Source: a bacterium (GTDB taxonomy: Bacteria; JAHJDO01). From it: DNA of 12,007 nt. Below the pieces are notes generated by a model, which saw nothing but the letters and a program-made list of their open reading frames with translations, was not told the DNA's origin and ran no database searches. The stretch spans positions 1-12,007 of the forward strand of contig JBDRTG010000016.1 of the NCBI GenBank assembly GCA_043824255.1, given 5' to 3'. Numbering within the stretch: the stretch's first letter is position 1; each line of letters starts with the position of its first letter. The translations under genes were made by a program, and so were the position numbers. Of the stretch, positions 1-7,174 are shown one piece after another.

Positions 1-42
1 TAATTCCCTTTGACTCGCCATGATTATGTCCCTTTCTGCCAT
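1..42 (-). CDS. Transposase N-terminus (partial, runs off the window)
   Basis: ATG at 42-40 after GAGAGGAGGG. It translates as MAERDIIMASQREL, resembling the 'I.MSQ.EL.R' N-terminus of ISNCY/IS1202-type transposases, and lies just inside the IRL. Only 14 codons are visible. Confidence 0.75.
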   Translation of the reverse strand, partial: MAERDIIMASQREL

Positions 43-71
43 AATACCCTCCTCTCAAATCGGGTATTATA
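41..71 (-). promoter_or_regulatory. Transposase -10 box and RBS/start-sequestering inverted repeat
   Basis: Perfect 9-bp inverted repeat ATAATACCC (41-49) / GGGTATTAT (62-70) enclosing the SD and overlapping the start codon. Minus-strand TATAAT at 71-66 overlaps the upstream arm. Confidence 0.7.
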
Positions 72-148
72 GCTTCCTTAAAAGCGGACATTTCTATTTT
101 GGCTAATTAGGACATTATCATTTTGGTATTACATAAAAATATATACAA

Positions 149-177
149 TTGCCTAATCTCAGGTTTTGAGATACTAT
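149..177 (+). promoter_or_regulatory. sigma70-type promoter for the DUF4416-U32-PHP operon
   Basis: TTGCCT (149-154), 17 bp, TACTAT (172-177), preceded by an AT-rich UP-like tract. The spacer contains the palindrome ATCTCA-N5-TGAGAT (156-172). Confidence 0.6.
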
Positions 178-181
178 GCTT

Positions 182-269
182 TTAGTATTAAGTTGTAAGT
201 ATTAAGAATTAAGTAAAAAACATTATAAACTTAATCCTTAGAGCAAAGCGTCTTAATCCTTAATCCTAA
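182..269. repeat. Inverted arrays of imperfect 7-bp tandem repeats
   Basis: Left arm TTAGTA TTAAGTT GTAAGTA TTAAGAA TTAAGT (182-214). Right arm ACTTAA TCCTTA [GAGCAAAGCG] TCTTAA TCCTTAA TCCTAA (229-269), whose units are approximately the reverse complement of the left-arm unit. Confidence 0.75.
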
Positions 270-278
270 GAAAGACAA

Positions 279-827
279 ATGGGTATAATACAAGAACACG
301 AGCCGGTAAAATTAGTAACAAGTATTTTTTCTCAGGATGAGAATTTGATAGATTCTGTAATAAGAATGCTTGTGGATAAGTTTGGGAAAATAGATTTTGA
401 GACAGAGTTATTAGAGTTCAATCAGACTAACTATTATGAGACAGAAATGGGTAAAGCTCTGTTGAGAAAATTTGTGAGTTTTGAGGGGCTAATAGAGCCT
501 GATAGTATCAGTGATATAAAAATCTATACAAACGAACTTGAAAAAAGCATTTCTCCGTCATGGAAGACTGAGAGAAAAAGAGATGTAAACATTGATCCAG
601 GGTACTTAGACCTTGCAAAACTTGTTCTTGCAAGCACAAAAGACTTTTATCACAGAATATATCTTAACCATGGCATTTATGCGGAAATAACACTTGTCTT
701 TAAAAAAGAGACTCACTCTAAAGGAAGCTTTCAGCCTTTCCAATGGACATATCCCGATTATGCGTCGCAGGAATATCGCAGTATATTTAACCAAATAAGA
801 AAAATATATAAAAATGAAAAAACCTGA
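279..827 (+). CDS. DUF4416 family protein
   Basis: 182 aa with the family motifs T.YY..EMG..L.R.F, R.VNIDPGY....KLVLASTK.F.HRIYL..GIYAE.TL and W.YPDY. Confidence 0.88.
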   Translation: MGIIQEHEPVKLVTSIFSQDENLIDSVIRMLVDKFGKIDFETELLEFNQTNYYETEMGKALLRKFVSFEGLIEPDSISDIKIYTNELEKSISPSWKTERKRDVNIDPGYLDLAKLVLASTKDFYHRIYLNHGIYAEITLVFKKETHSKGSFQPFQWTYPDYASQEYRSIFNQIRKIYKNEKT

Positions 828-2031
828 ACTGGTTGCGCCTGCAGGAAACCTTGAAAAGCTAAAAGTCGCAATTGATTATGGAGCTGATGCTGTCTATATC
901 GGCGGAAAAAGATGGAGCCTCAGAGCAAGAACAGATAACTTCACACTATCTGAGATTGCAAAAGCAGCCGATTACGCTCATAAATATAAGAAAAAAGTAT
1001 ATGTTGCGCTTAATATATTCGCACATAATAAGGACTTTGTGGGACTAGGAAATTATATAAAGAAACTATCCAGTATAGGGATTGATGCATATATTGTCTC
1101 TGATCCGGGCATTATATCCATTATTCAGGAAGTAAGCCCTGAGGCAAATATCCATCTTTCCACTCAGGTAAGCACTTCAAATCAACTAAGCGCGGAATTC
1201 TGGGAAAGGAAGGGCATAAAAAGAATTGTATTATCCAGAGAGCTCTCAAAAACAGAGATAAAAAATATTGCTAAAAAAACAAATTGCGGGATAGAGATCT
1301 TTATTCATGGAGCTATGTGTATGGCTCATTCAGGGAGATGTCTGCTTAGTAGTTTTATGACAGGAAGAAGTGCTAATCTCGGAGATTGCGCTCAGCCCTG
1401 CAGATGGAAATATTTTCTTAACGAGGAAACAAGACATGGTGAATACTTTCCTGTTTTTGAAGGAGATAGAGGTACTTTTATATTCAACTCAAAGGACCTC
1501 TGCTTGATAGAACATATTCCTGAAATCTTTAAGACAGGTGTAAATGCTGTAAAAATTGAGGGCAGAATGAAAAGCCTTTATTATATAGCCTGTGTGGTTA
1601 GAATATATAGAATGGCAATTGATGCATATGCTTCTAACCCGTCAAAATACAGATTCAAAAAAACCTGGCTGGATGAATTAAAAAAAATCAGCCATCGCGG
1701 CTACACAACAGGTTTTTTCCTTAATAAACCAAATGATGAAGCTCAGGTATATAAGTCCTCATCGTATATAAAAAATTACGAGTTTGTTGGCGTAGTCACT
1801 AAAATTATAAAATCAAACATCGCAAGAATTGAAATTAGAAACAAGATATGTGCTGGAGACAAACTTGAAGTAATTGGACCAAGTTTAGAAGATGACTGCA
1901 AGGAAGCTATAACAAACATGACGGATAAAAACGATAATGAACTGGAATTCGCCAATCCTGGACAGATTGTATTTATAAAAACAAGAAATAAGCTAGAAAA
2001 AGGCAACCTGTTGCGCAGGCAAATTAATTAA
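814..2031 (+). CDS. U32 family 'peptidase', TrhP/YegQ-like Fe-S RNA hydroxylation protein
   Basis: 405 aa. KPELVAPAG, GADAVY.GG, HLSTQ, R.VLSRELS, E.FIHGAMC.A.SGRC, NLGDCAQPCRW (Fe-S cysteines), NSKDLCL and KIEGRMKS, plus a C-terminal U32_C-like domain. Overlaps the upstream gene by 14 bp. Confidence 0.92.
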   Translation: MKKPELVAPAGNLEKLKVAIDYGADAVYIGGKRWSLRARTDNFTLSEIAKAADYAHKYKKKVYVALNIFAHNKDFVGLGNYIKKLSSIGIDAYIVSDPGIISIIQEVSPEANIHLSTQVSTSNQLSAEFWERKGIKRIVLSRELSKTEIKNIAKKTNCGIEIFIHGAMCMAHSGRCLLSSFMTGRSANLGDCAQPCRWKYFLNEETRHGEYFPVFEGDRGTFIFNSKDLCLIEHIPEIFKTGVNAVKIEGRMKSLYYIACVVRIYRMAIDAYASNPSKYRFKKTWLDELKKISHRGYTTGFFLNKPNDEAQVYKSSSYIKNYEFVGVVTKIIKSNIARIEIRNKICAGDKLEVIGPSLEDDCKEAITNMTDKNDNELEFANPGQIVFIKTRNKLEKGNLLRRQIN

Positions 2032-2032
2032 A

Positions 2033-2887
2033 ATGTATGTAGATTTACACATTCACTCATGCGCCTCTGACGGGACATTAACCGCAGAGGAAATTGTAGA
2101 TGCTTGTATAGATAAGAATATAACTCTATTTTCCGTTACGGATCATAATTCTATTGCAGGCAACGCAAAATTATGCAAGCTTACAAAATCAAAAGACATA
2201 TCATATATTTCAGGGGTTGAGATCGCATCAACATTTAAAGGTAGGGAGTTTCATATCACAGTTTATGGGTTTGATGAAACTAACAAAGAATTAAGAGAGC
2301 TTTTGAGAAAACATACTCAAGACGTAGAAGGAAACTTTTGCAATAAGTTTATAAAAAGTTTCTCAAGCCAAATTCCTCAGCTCAGCCTTGAAGAATTTAG
2401 CACTTATTCCTATGACCTGCGAAGAGGAGGATGTAAATTATTAAATTATTTAATGGATAAAAAAGTGCTTAAAACCCTTGAGGAATATTTCTTTCTTGCA
2501 GGAGATATTATTTCCAAATTCAGAACATTCTCTCTGCCGCATAAAGTAATAGATATTGCGAAAAAGGCAGGCGGCTATCCATTTTTAGCTCATCCTCCCG
2601 ACTACTATAATTGCCTTGATCGTTTTCCTGAGAAAGAACTTGATGAGTGGTATGAATGGGGAATTGCAGGAATAGAGTGTTATTCTCCATATTTCACAGA
2701 GGGAGAGAATGAACCTTATATCAGTTTTTGCAAGAAAAATGGGTTACTCATTTCAGGGGGCTCTGACTATCACGGTACATTTACCGAAAGAAAACTTGGC
2801 TCACAGCAGATTACACCTGATATGATCAATCTGGGGGATATACGCATTATTAATGAGCATGCACTTATGTTCCCGGCACAGGCTTAA
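2033..2887 (+). CDS. PHP domain metal-dependent phosphoesterase (YciV/TrpH-like)
   Basis: 284 aa. DLHIHS..SDG, VTDHN, SGVEI, FHI, LAHP, GIECY and GGSDYHG motifs. Starts 1 bp after the U32 stop. Confidence 0.9.
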   Translation: MYVDLHIHSCASDGTLTAEEIVDACIDKNITLFSVTDHNSIAGNAKLCKLTKSKDISYISGVEIASTFKGREFHITVYGFDETNKELRELLRKHTQDVEGNFCNKFIKSFSSQIPQLSLEEFSTYSYDLRRGGCKLLNYLMDKKVLKTLEEYFFLAGDIISKFRTFSLPHKVIDIAKKAGGYPFLAHPPDYYNCLDRFPEKELDEWYEWGIAGIECYSPYFTEGENEPYISFCKKNGLLISGGSDYHGTFTERKLGSQQITPDMINLGDIRIINEHALMFPAQA

Positions 2888-3503
2888 ACTTTATATGTAA
2901 CTTTTGTTTTTCTAGATACACATGCTCAATTCTTCTTTCAATTTTTCTAAATTCCAGATTGTTTTCCAGCCCTTCAACTAAGCTGGAAGCAATCTTATCT
3001 CTTAATTCTTTAGGCGGTGTTTTGAATCCCATTGCATTGCATCTGTCTATTTCCAGTTTTAATAAGCCATCTTTCATACGCAACTTTCCTGAAAGGTCTC
3101 CATTAATATATCGTTCCATAAATGGTATGGAAAACGTTATATTGATTTTATCGTTCTTAAAACCAACATAAACTCTTTCCTTAAACTTGGGATTAGATGC
3201 AATGATCAGATTTAAATCCCTGTCAGTAAGAACAAATTCTCCTCCCTTTTGTGATACGGATATTAATTGGGCAATCTTTTCTTTCATATTTTTCTCTTCA
3301 TTAGAAGAAAAGGATACTTGTTCAATTCGGAGTGGTTTATTTGAACTGTATTTTATAAATTTACTTCGCACAAAGAAGAGCAGCGCTCCAACCGATATCG
3401 CAACAAACAGTACCAGTCCTCCACAACCTAAGAGACTCCAGAACAAACAACCCTTTTTCTTTTTTTTCTCGCTTTCTGCCCGAATATATTGCTCCTGCTC
3501 CAT
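2865..3503 (-). CDS. Hypothetical membrane-anchored protein (single N-terminal TM helix)
   Basis: 212 aa with RBS GAGGAGG upstream. KKKKKGC is followed by a hydrophobic stretch (LFWSLLGCGGLVLFVAISVGALLFFV) and a soluble domain. Starts 2 bp after the ABC ATPase stop. Confidence 0.8.
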   Translation of the reverse strand: MEQEQYIRAESEKKKKKGCLFWSLLGCGGLVLFVAISVGALLFFVRSKFIKYSSNKPLRIEQVSFSSNEEKNMKEKIAQLISVSQKGGEFVLTDRDLNLIIASNPKFKERVYVGFKNDKINITFSIPFMERYINGDLSGKLRMKDGLLKLEIDRCNAMGFKTPPKELRDKIASSLVEGLENNLEFRKIERRIEHVYLEKQKLHIKFKPVPGT

Positions 3504-3505
3504 AA

Positions 3506-4450
3506 CTACCCTCCTCTATTCTCCACTGCTTCAACAAAGATTTCTTCTAAAGACCTCTTTATCGGCATAATAGATAATATCTGGCTATTATTGGATCTTA
3601 GAATATCTATAACAGTATTAACAAGATGCTCATCAAGGCTAATTTTAAGCATACCTTTATTAGTTTCGTCTTCCACAATGGAAATTTTAGTAATTTTGTT
3701 TAGCTTATTATGAGTTTCTTTATCAATGTTCATCGCTTTGATTTTAACCGCATGTTTCATGGTTAAAAGATCATCAAGCCTTCCAATCTTATTTAGTCTT
3801 CCTTTATGCAAAATGCCTATTCTGTCGCAAATTAGTTCTGCCTCAGAGAGCTGGTGGGAACATAGAAAAAGAGTCTTGCCTTGTTCTTTTAATTTCAAAA
3901 ACACATCTCTCATTTCCCTCTGCCCAATAGGGTCTAAACCTGATGTTGGCTCATCAAGAAGAAGAAGATCCGGATCATTAATCAGAGTTTGCGCAAGCCC
4001 AGCACGCTGCAGCATACCTTTGGAATATGAAGAAAGTCTGACATGCGCCTTTTCTGCAAGCCCGACTAAATCCAGTATTTTGGCAATACGTCTCCTTCTT
4101 TCTATTGATGCTATTCCGAACAAGCTTCCACAAAAATCAAGCAATTCCCATGCTGAAAGATAGCTATATAAATACGAAACCTCTGATAAATAGCCAATTC
4201 TGTTTTTTGCCTCTATATTGCCCAACTGCTTACCCAAAACCCATCCTTGCCCCTCGCTGGGAGCTATGAAATCCAGTAATAACTTAAGAGTTGTTGTCTT
4301 CCCAGAACCATTTGGCCCAAATAGCCCAAACACTTCTCCTTTATTAATCTCTATATCCAGATGGTCTAAAGCCAAAACCCTTGTCTTTCTCTGGATGCCG
4401 GTTACATATTCTTTTGTAAGATTTTCTGTTTTTATTACTATATTTGACAT
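3506..4450 (-). CDS. ABC transporter ATP-binding protein (ABC-2/DrrA/PilH-like)
   Basis: 314 aa. Walker A GPNGSGKTT, signature YSKGMLQR, Walker B LLLLDEPTSGLDP, H-loop CSHQL, C-terminal SLEEIF. RBS GGGGAGG. Confidence 0.93.
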   Translation of the reverse strand: MSNIVIKTENLTKEYVTGIQRKTRVLALDHLDIEINKGEVFGLFGPNGSGKTTTLKLLLDFIAPSEGQGWVLGKQLGNIEAKNRIGYLSEVSYLYSYLSAWELLDFCGSLFGIASIERRRRIAKILDLVGLAEKAHVRLSSYSKGMLQRAGLAQTLINDPDLLLLDEPTSGLDPIGQREMRDVFLKLKEQGKTLFLCSHQLSEAELICDRIGILHKGRLNKIGRLDDLLTMKHAVKIKAMNIDKETHNKLNKITKISIVEDETNKGMLKISLDEHLVNTVIDILRSNNSQILSIMPIKRSLEEIFVEAVENRGG

Positions 4451-4465
4451 AAAACCTCCCCTATA

Positions 4466-6004
4466 CTATCCAGATCCCAAGAAGTTTCTGTCCATACTTC
4501 TATATTGAATCGCTTCTGAGACATGAGCAGCGGTTATATTCTCACTTTGCTCCAAATCTGCAATTGTACGCGCAATCTTTAATATTTTATCATAAGCTCT
4601 CGCGCTCAAACCCAAACTATTTATAGCAACTTTTATAAGAGACTGAGTCTGACCGTCAAGCTGACAATGCTCTTTTATATCCTTTGCATGCATATGAGCA
4701 TTGCAAAAAATCTTTTTTCCTTTAAACCTTTGCTGCTGAATCCTTCGAACATTATTAACCCTGTCTTTTATTACAGCAGAGGTTTCAGACTGTGCCCTGT
4801 CGGATATCTCCTGATAATTAAGAGCTGGAACATCCACATGAATATCAATTCTATCAAGTAGAGGCCCGCTTATTCTAGAAATGTAGTTCTGTATTTGATA
4901 CGGAGTGCATCTGCACTCTTTTACAGGATGTGTAAAATATCCGCATGGACATGGATTCATTGCTGCTACAAGTGTAAACCTGGAAGGATATGTATGAGAT
5001 GCACTTGCACGGGAAATAGTAACAACTCCATCCTCAAGCGGCTGACGCAACACCTCAAGAGTATTACGCCTGAACTCAGGAAGCTCATCTAAAAACAATA
5101 CTCCATAATGAGAAAGGCTTACTTCTCCTGGCCTTACCAACTGTGTACCGCCAATTAGAGCTACATCAGAGATTGTATGGTGCGGGGCTCTGAAAGGACG
5201 GGTTGCTATAAGTCCCTTTCCCTGAGAAAGAACACCAGCAATAGAGTGAACCTTTGTTACTTCTAAACTCTCTTCCAAAGTCATATCCGGCATTATAGTT
5301 GGTATTCTTCTTGCAAGCATTGTCTTGCCAGCTCCAGGGGGTCCAATCATCAGCATATTATGCCCGCCCCCTATTGCAACCTCTATTGCTCTCTTTACAT
5401 GCTGCTGCCCTTTAACATCTGAAAAATCAACATCATACACAGAGTTCTTTTTAAAAATCTCTTCAATATCCACTTTAAAAGGCGGAATATTTTCTACCTG
5501 ATTTATGAAATCTACTGTTTGCTGAAGATTTTCCAACGGATATGCATCTATTCGGTCTACAACGGCCGCTTCCTGAATATTATCTGCCGGAACACAAAGA
5601 GAATGCCCGCTATTTTCCTTAATAGTTAACGCCATTGGTAAGACTCCTTTAACAGGTCTAATATCGCCATCTAGCGAAAGCTCTCCAACAAAACAATGTT
5701 TACTTATAGTTTGGTCGCTTATATAGCCGGAACATGCAAGTATTCCTAAAGCAATAGGCAGATCAAACGCCGAACCTTCTTTTTTGAGTTCCGCTGGTGC
5801 CAGATTAATTGTTATCCTTTTTTGAGGAAAAATAAATCCTGAATTCTTTATCGCAGCTTTAACCCTGTCACGGCTCTCTTTTACTGCATTGTCGGGAAGA
5901 CCAACAATTGTAAGCGATGGCAAGCCGTTAGCTACATCAGCTTCTATCTCTATTATTTTGCCGCCAATTCCAACAACCGCACAGCCATAAACTTTTGCAA
6001 ACAT
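4466..6004 (-). CDS. comM: YifB/ComM family Mg-chelatase-like AAA+ ATPase (competence helicase ComM)
   Basis: 512 aa. [37 protein letters not shown], Walker [17 protein letters not shown], Walker B LFLDE, NPCPCGY...C.C zinc motif, SGPLLDRID and [18 protein letters not shown]. Confidence 0.95.
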   Translation of the reverse strand: MFAKVYGCAVVGIGGKIIEIEADVANGLPSLTIVGLPDNAVKESRDRVKAAIKNSGFIFPQKRITINLAPAELKKEGSAFDLPIALGILACSGYISDQTISKHCFVGELSLDGDIRPVKGVLPMALTIKENSGHSLCVPADNIQEAAVVDRIDAYPLENLQQTVDFINQVENIPPFKVDIEEIFKKNSVYDVDFSDVKGQQHVKRAIEVAIGGGHNMLMIGPPGAGKTMLARRIPTIMPDMTLEESLEVTKVHSIAGVLSQGKGLIATRPFRAPHHTISDVALIGGTQLVRPGEVSLSHYGVLFLDELPEFRRNTLEVLRQPLEDGVVTISRASASHTYPSRFTLVAAMNPCPCGYFTHPVKECRCTPYQIQNYISRISGPLLDRIDIHVDVPALNYQEISDRAQSETSAVIKDRVNNVRRIQQQRFKGKKIFCNAHMHAKDIKEHCQLDGQTQSLIKVAINSLGLSARAYDKILKIARTIADLEQSENITAAHVSEAIQYRSMDRNFLGSG

Positions 6005-6011
6005 ATTCCCG

Positions 6012-6057
6012 CCATATAAATTCTCGTTATTCTATTATTATGGGGATTGACAATCAA
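6012..6057. repeat. Direct repeat copy 1 (46 bp), upstream of comM
   Basis: CCATATAAATTCTCGTTATTCTATTATTATGGGGATTGACAATCAA. Differs from 8428-8476 by two substitutions and one 3-bp indel. Confidence 0.95.
6029..6057 (-). promoter_or_regulatory. sigma70-type promoter of comM, within the repeat
   Basis: Minus strand TTGATT (6057-6052), 17 bp, TAGAAT (6034-6029), 24 bp upstream of the comM ATG. Confidence 0.65.
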
Positions 6058-6106
6058 GGACTATTCTTTGCCTATCACAACATAAGGACGAATCTTTTCA
6101 AGTTTC

Positions 6107-7174
6107 TTATGCTTCTTTGAGTTCGGCTAGAAGTTCATGGATAAGTTCTTTTACAGTAACAATTTTATCAACACGATACGCATTCTGCCCGCAGAAAATG
6201 AGGCCATGGTCTACATCACCAAAATAGGAATTCACAAGAGCCAGTGCAATACAATATCGCGCTTTGTCGACTCGACAGACTGTAAGACATCTATAGGGAC
6301 ACTTTATCTTCAGTTTTCCTTTAACTTCAAGATCCTTTAAAAAACGGTTATTTATCGCCCGTCCAGGCATACCAACGGGACTTTTAATGATAACAATATC
6401 CTCTTCTTTGGCATCCAAATAGGCTTGCTTGAATTGTTGGGACACATCACACTCTTTGGTACAGACAAAACGGGTTCCCATCTGAACACCTGAAGCGCCC
6501 AAGGAAAGCATTCGCGCAATATCTTTTCCGTTATAAATACCACCTCCGGTGATAACAGGAATCTTCTTTCCGTATTTATCTTCATAGGGTTTTATAGCTT
6601 CCAGGACTTCAGGCAGAAGTTTTTCGAGGGAGTAATCCTCCGGATGTTCCAGCTGTTCAGCTGAAAAACCGAGATGTCCCCCGGCCAGTGGTCCCTCCAG
6701 GATAAAGCCATCCGCGGTTCTTTCATACCGTTTGTCCCAGGTTCGTAGGATAAATTCTGCAATTCTGGCAGAACTGATGATGGGCACAAGATTTACACTG
6801 GTATCCTGGACTAAAGCCGGAAGTTTAGTTGGCAATCCGGCGCCGAATACGATTATTTTAATTCCTTCTTGTATCGAAGCTTTGATAAGATCATCTACGT
6901 TGCTTAGCGCACCCATGAAGTTTACTGCGAGGTGGCCATCTGTCATACTCCTGGCTTTACGGATCTCCCTTATAAGTGCTTCCCGTGATATTCTTTCATA
7001 TTCCTGTTTTGAATCCTCCAAATCTCCCAGACCAATACTGGAGATGGTGCCAATGCCACCTTCGTTTGCTACTGCTGAAGCCAGCGAAGCAAGGGAAACT
7101 CTGACGCCCATACCCCCTTGAACAATAGGTATATTTGCGGATAAACTACCGATCTGAAGTTTAGGAATTTTCAT
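6107..7174 (-). CDS. Nitronate monooxygenase/FabK superfamily flavoprotein, FabX-like with [4Fe-4S] motif
   Basis: 355 aa. PIVQGGMGV, GAGLP, EGPLAGGHLGF (catalytic His), GGI, GASGVQMGTRF, KSPVGMPGRAI, Cx3Cx3Cx7C (CPYRCLTVCRVDKARYC) and GLIFCGQNAYRVDKI. Overlaps fabF by 14 bp. Confidence 0.88.
   Translation of the reverse strand: MKIPKLQIGSLSANIPIVQGGMGVRVSLASLASAVANEGGIGTISSIGLGDLEDSKQEYERISREALIREIRKARSMTDGHLAVNFMGALSNVDDLIKASIQEGIKIIVFGAGLPTKLPALVQDTSVNLVPIISSARIAEFILRTWDKRYERTADGFILEGPLAGGHLGFSAEQLEHPEDYSLEKLLPEVLEAIKPYEDKYGKKIPVITGGGIYNGKDIARMLSLGASGVQMGTRFVCTKECDVSQQFKQAYLDAKEEDIVIIKSPVGMPGRAINNRFLKDLEVKGKLKIKCPYRCLTVCRVDKARYCIALALVNSYFGDVDHGLIFCGQNAYRVDKIVTVKELIHELLAELKEA

Larger units (their letters stand above)
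1..133 (-). mobile_element. Left end (IRL) of an IS1202-like (ISNCY/IS481-related) insertion sequence extending out of the window to the left
   Basis: Minus strand from 133 reads TGTAATA-CCAAAATGATAATGTCC-TAATTAG-CCAAAATAGAAATGTCC: a 5'-TGT terminus with two 17-bp subterminal repeats (110-126, 86-102) matching those at 11885-11926. It is followed by a TATAAT box, a GAGGAGG RBS and an ORF start. Confidence 0.85.

Noticed and set aside
182..269. CRISPR array
   Set aside because: The units are 7 bp, tandem and inverted, with no unique spacers and no cas genes.
4466..6004. comM disrupted by a mobile element, or a true Mg-chelatase
   Set aside because: The ORF is full length and uninterrupted with all ComM/YifB motifs, and there are no chelatase partner or tetrapyrrole genes.
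6021..6048. Direct repeat as a XerC/D dif-like site
   Set aside because: Only TTATG resembles the XerD arm and the XerC-side ATAA is missing. The sigma70 promoter reading fits better.
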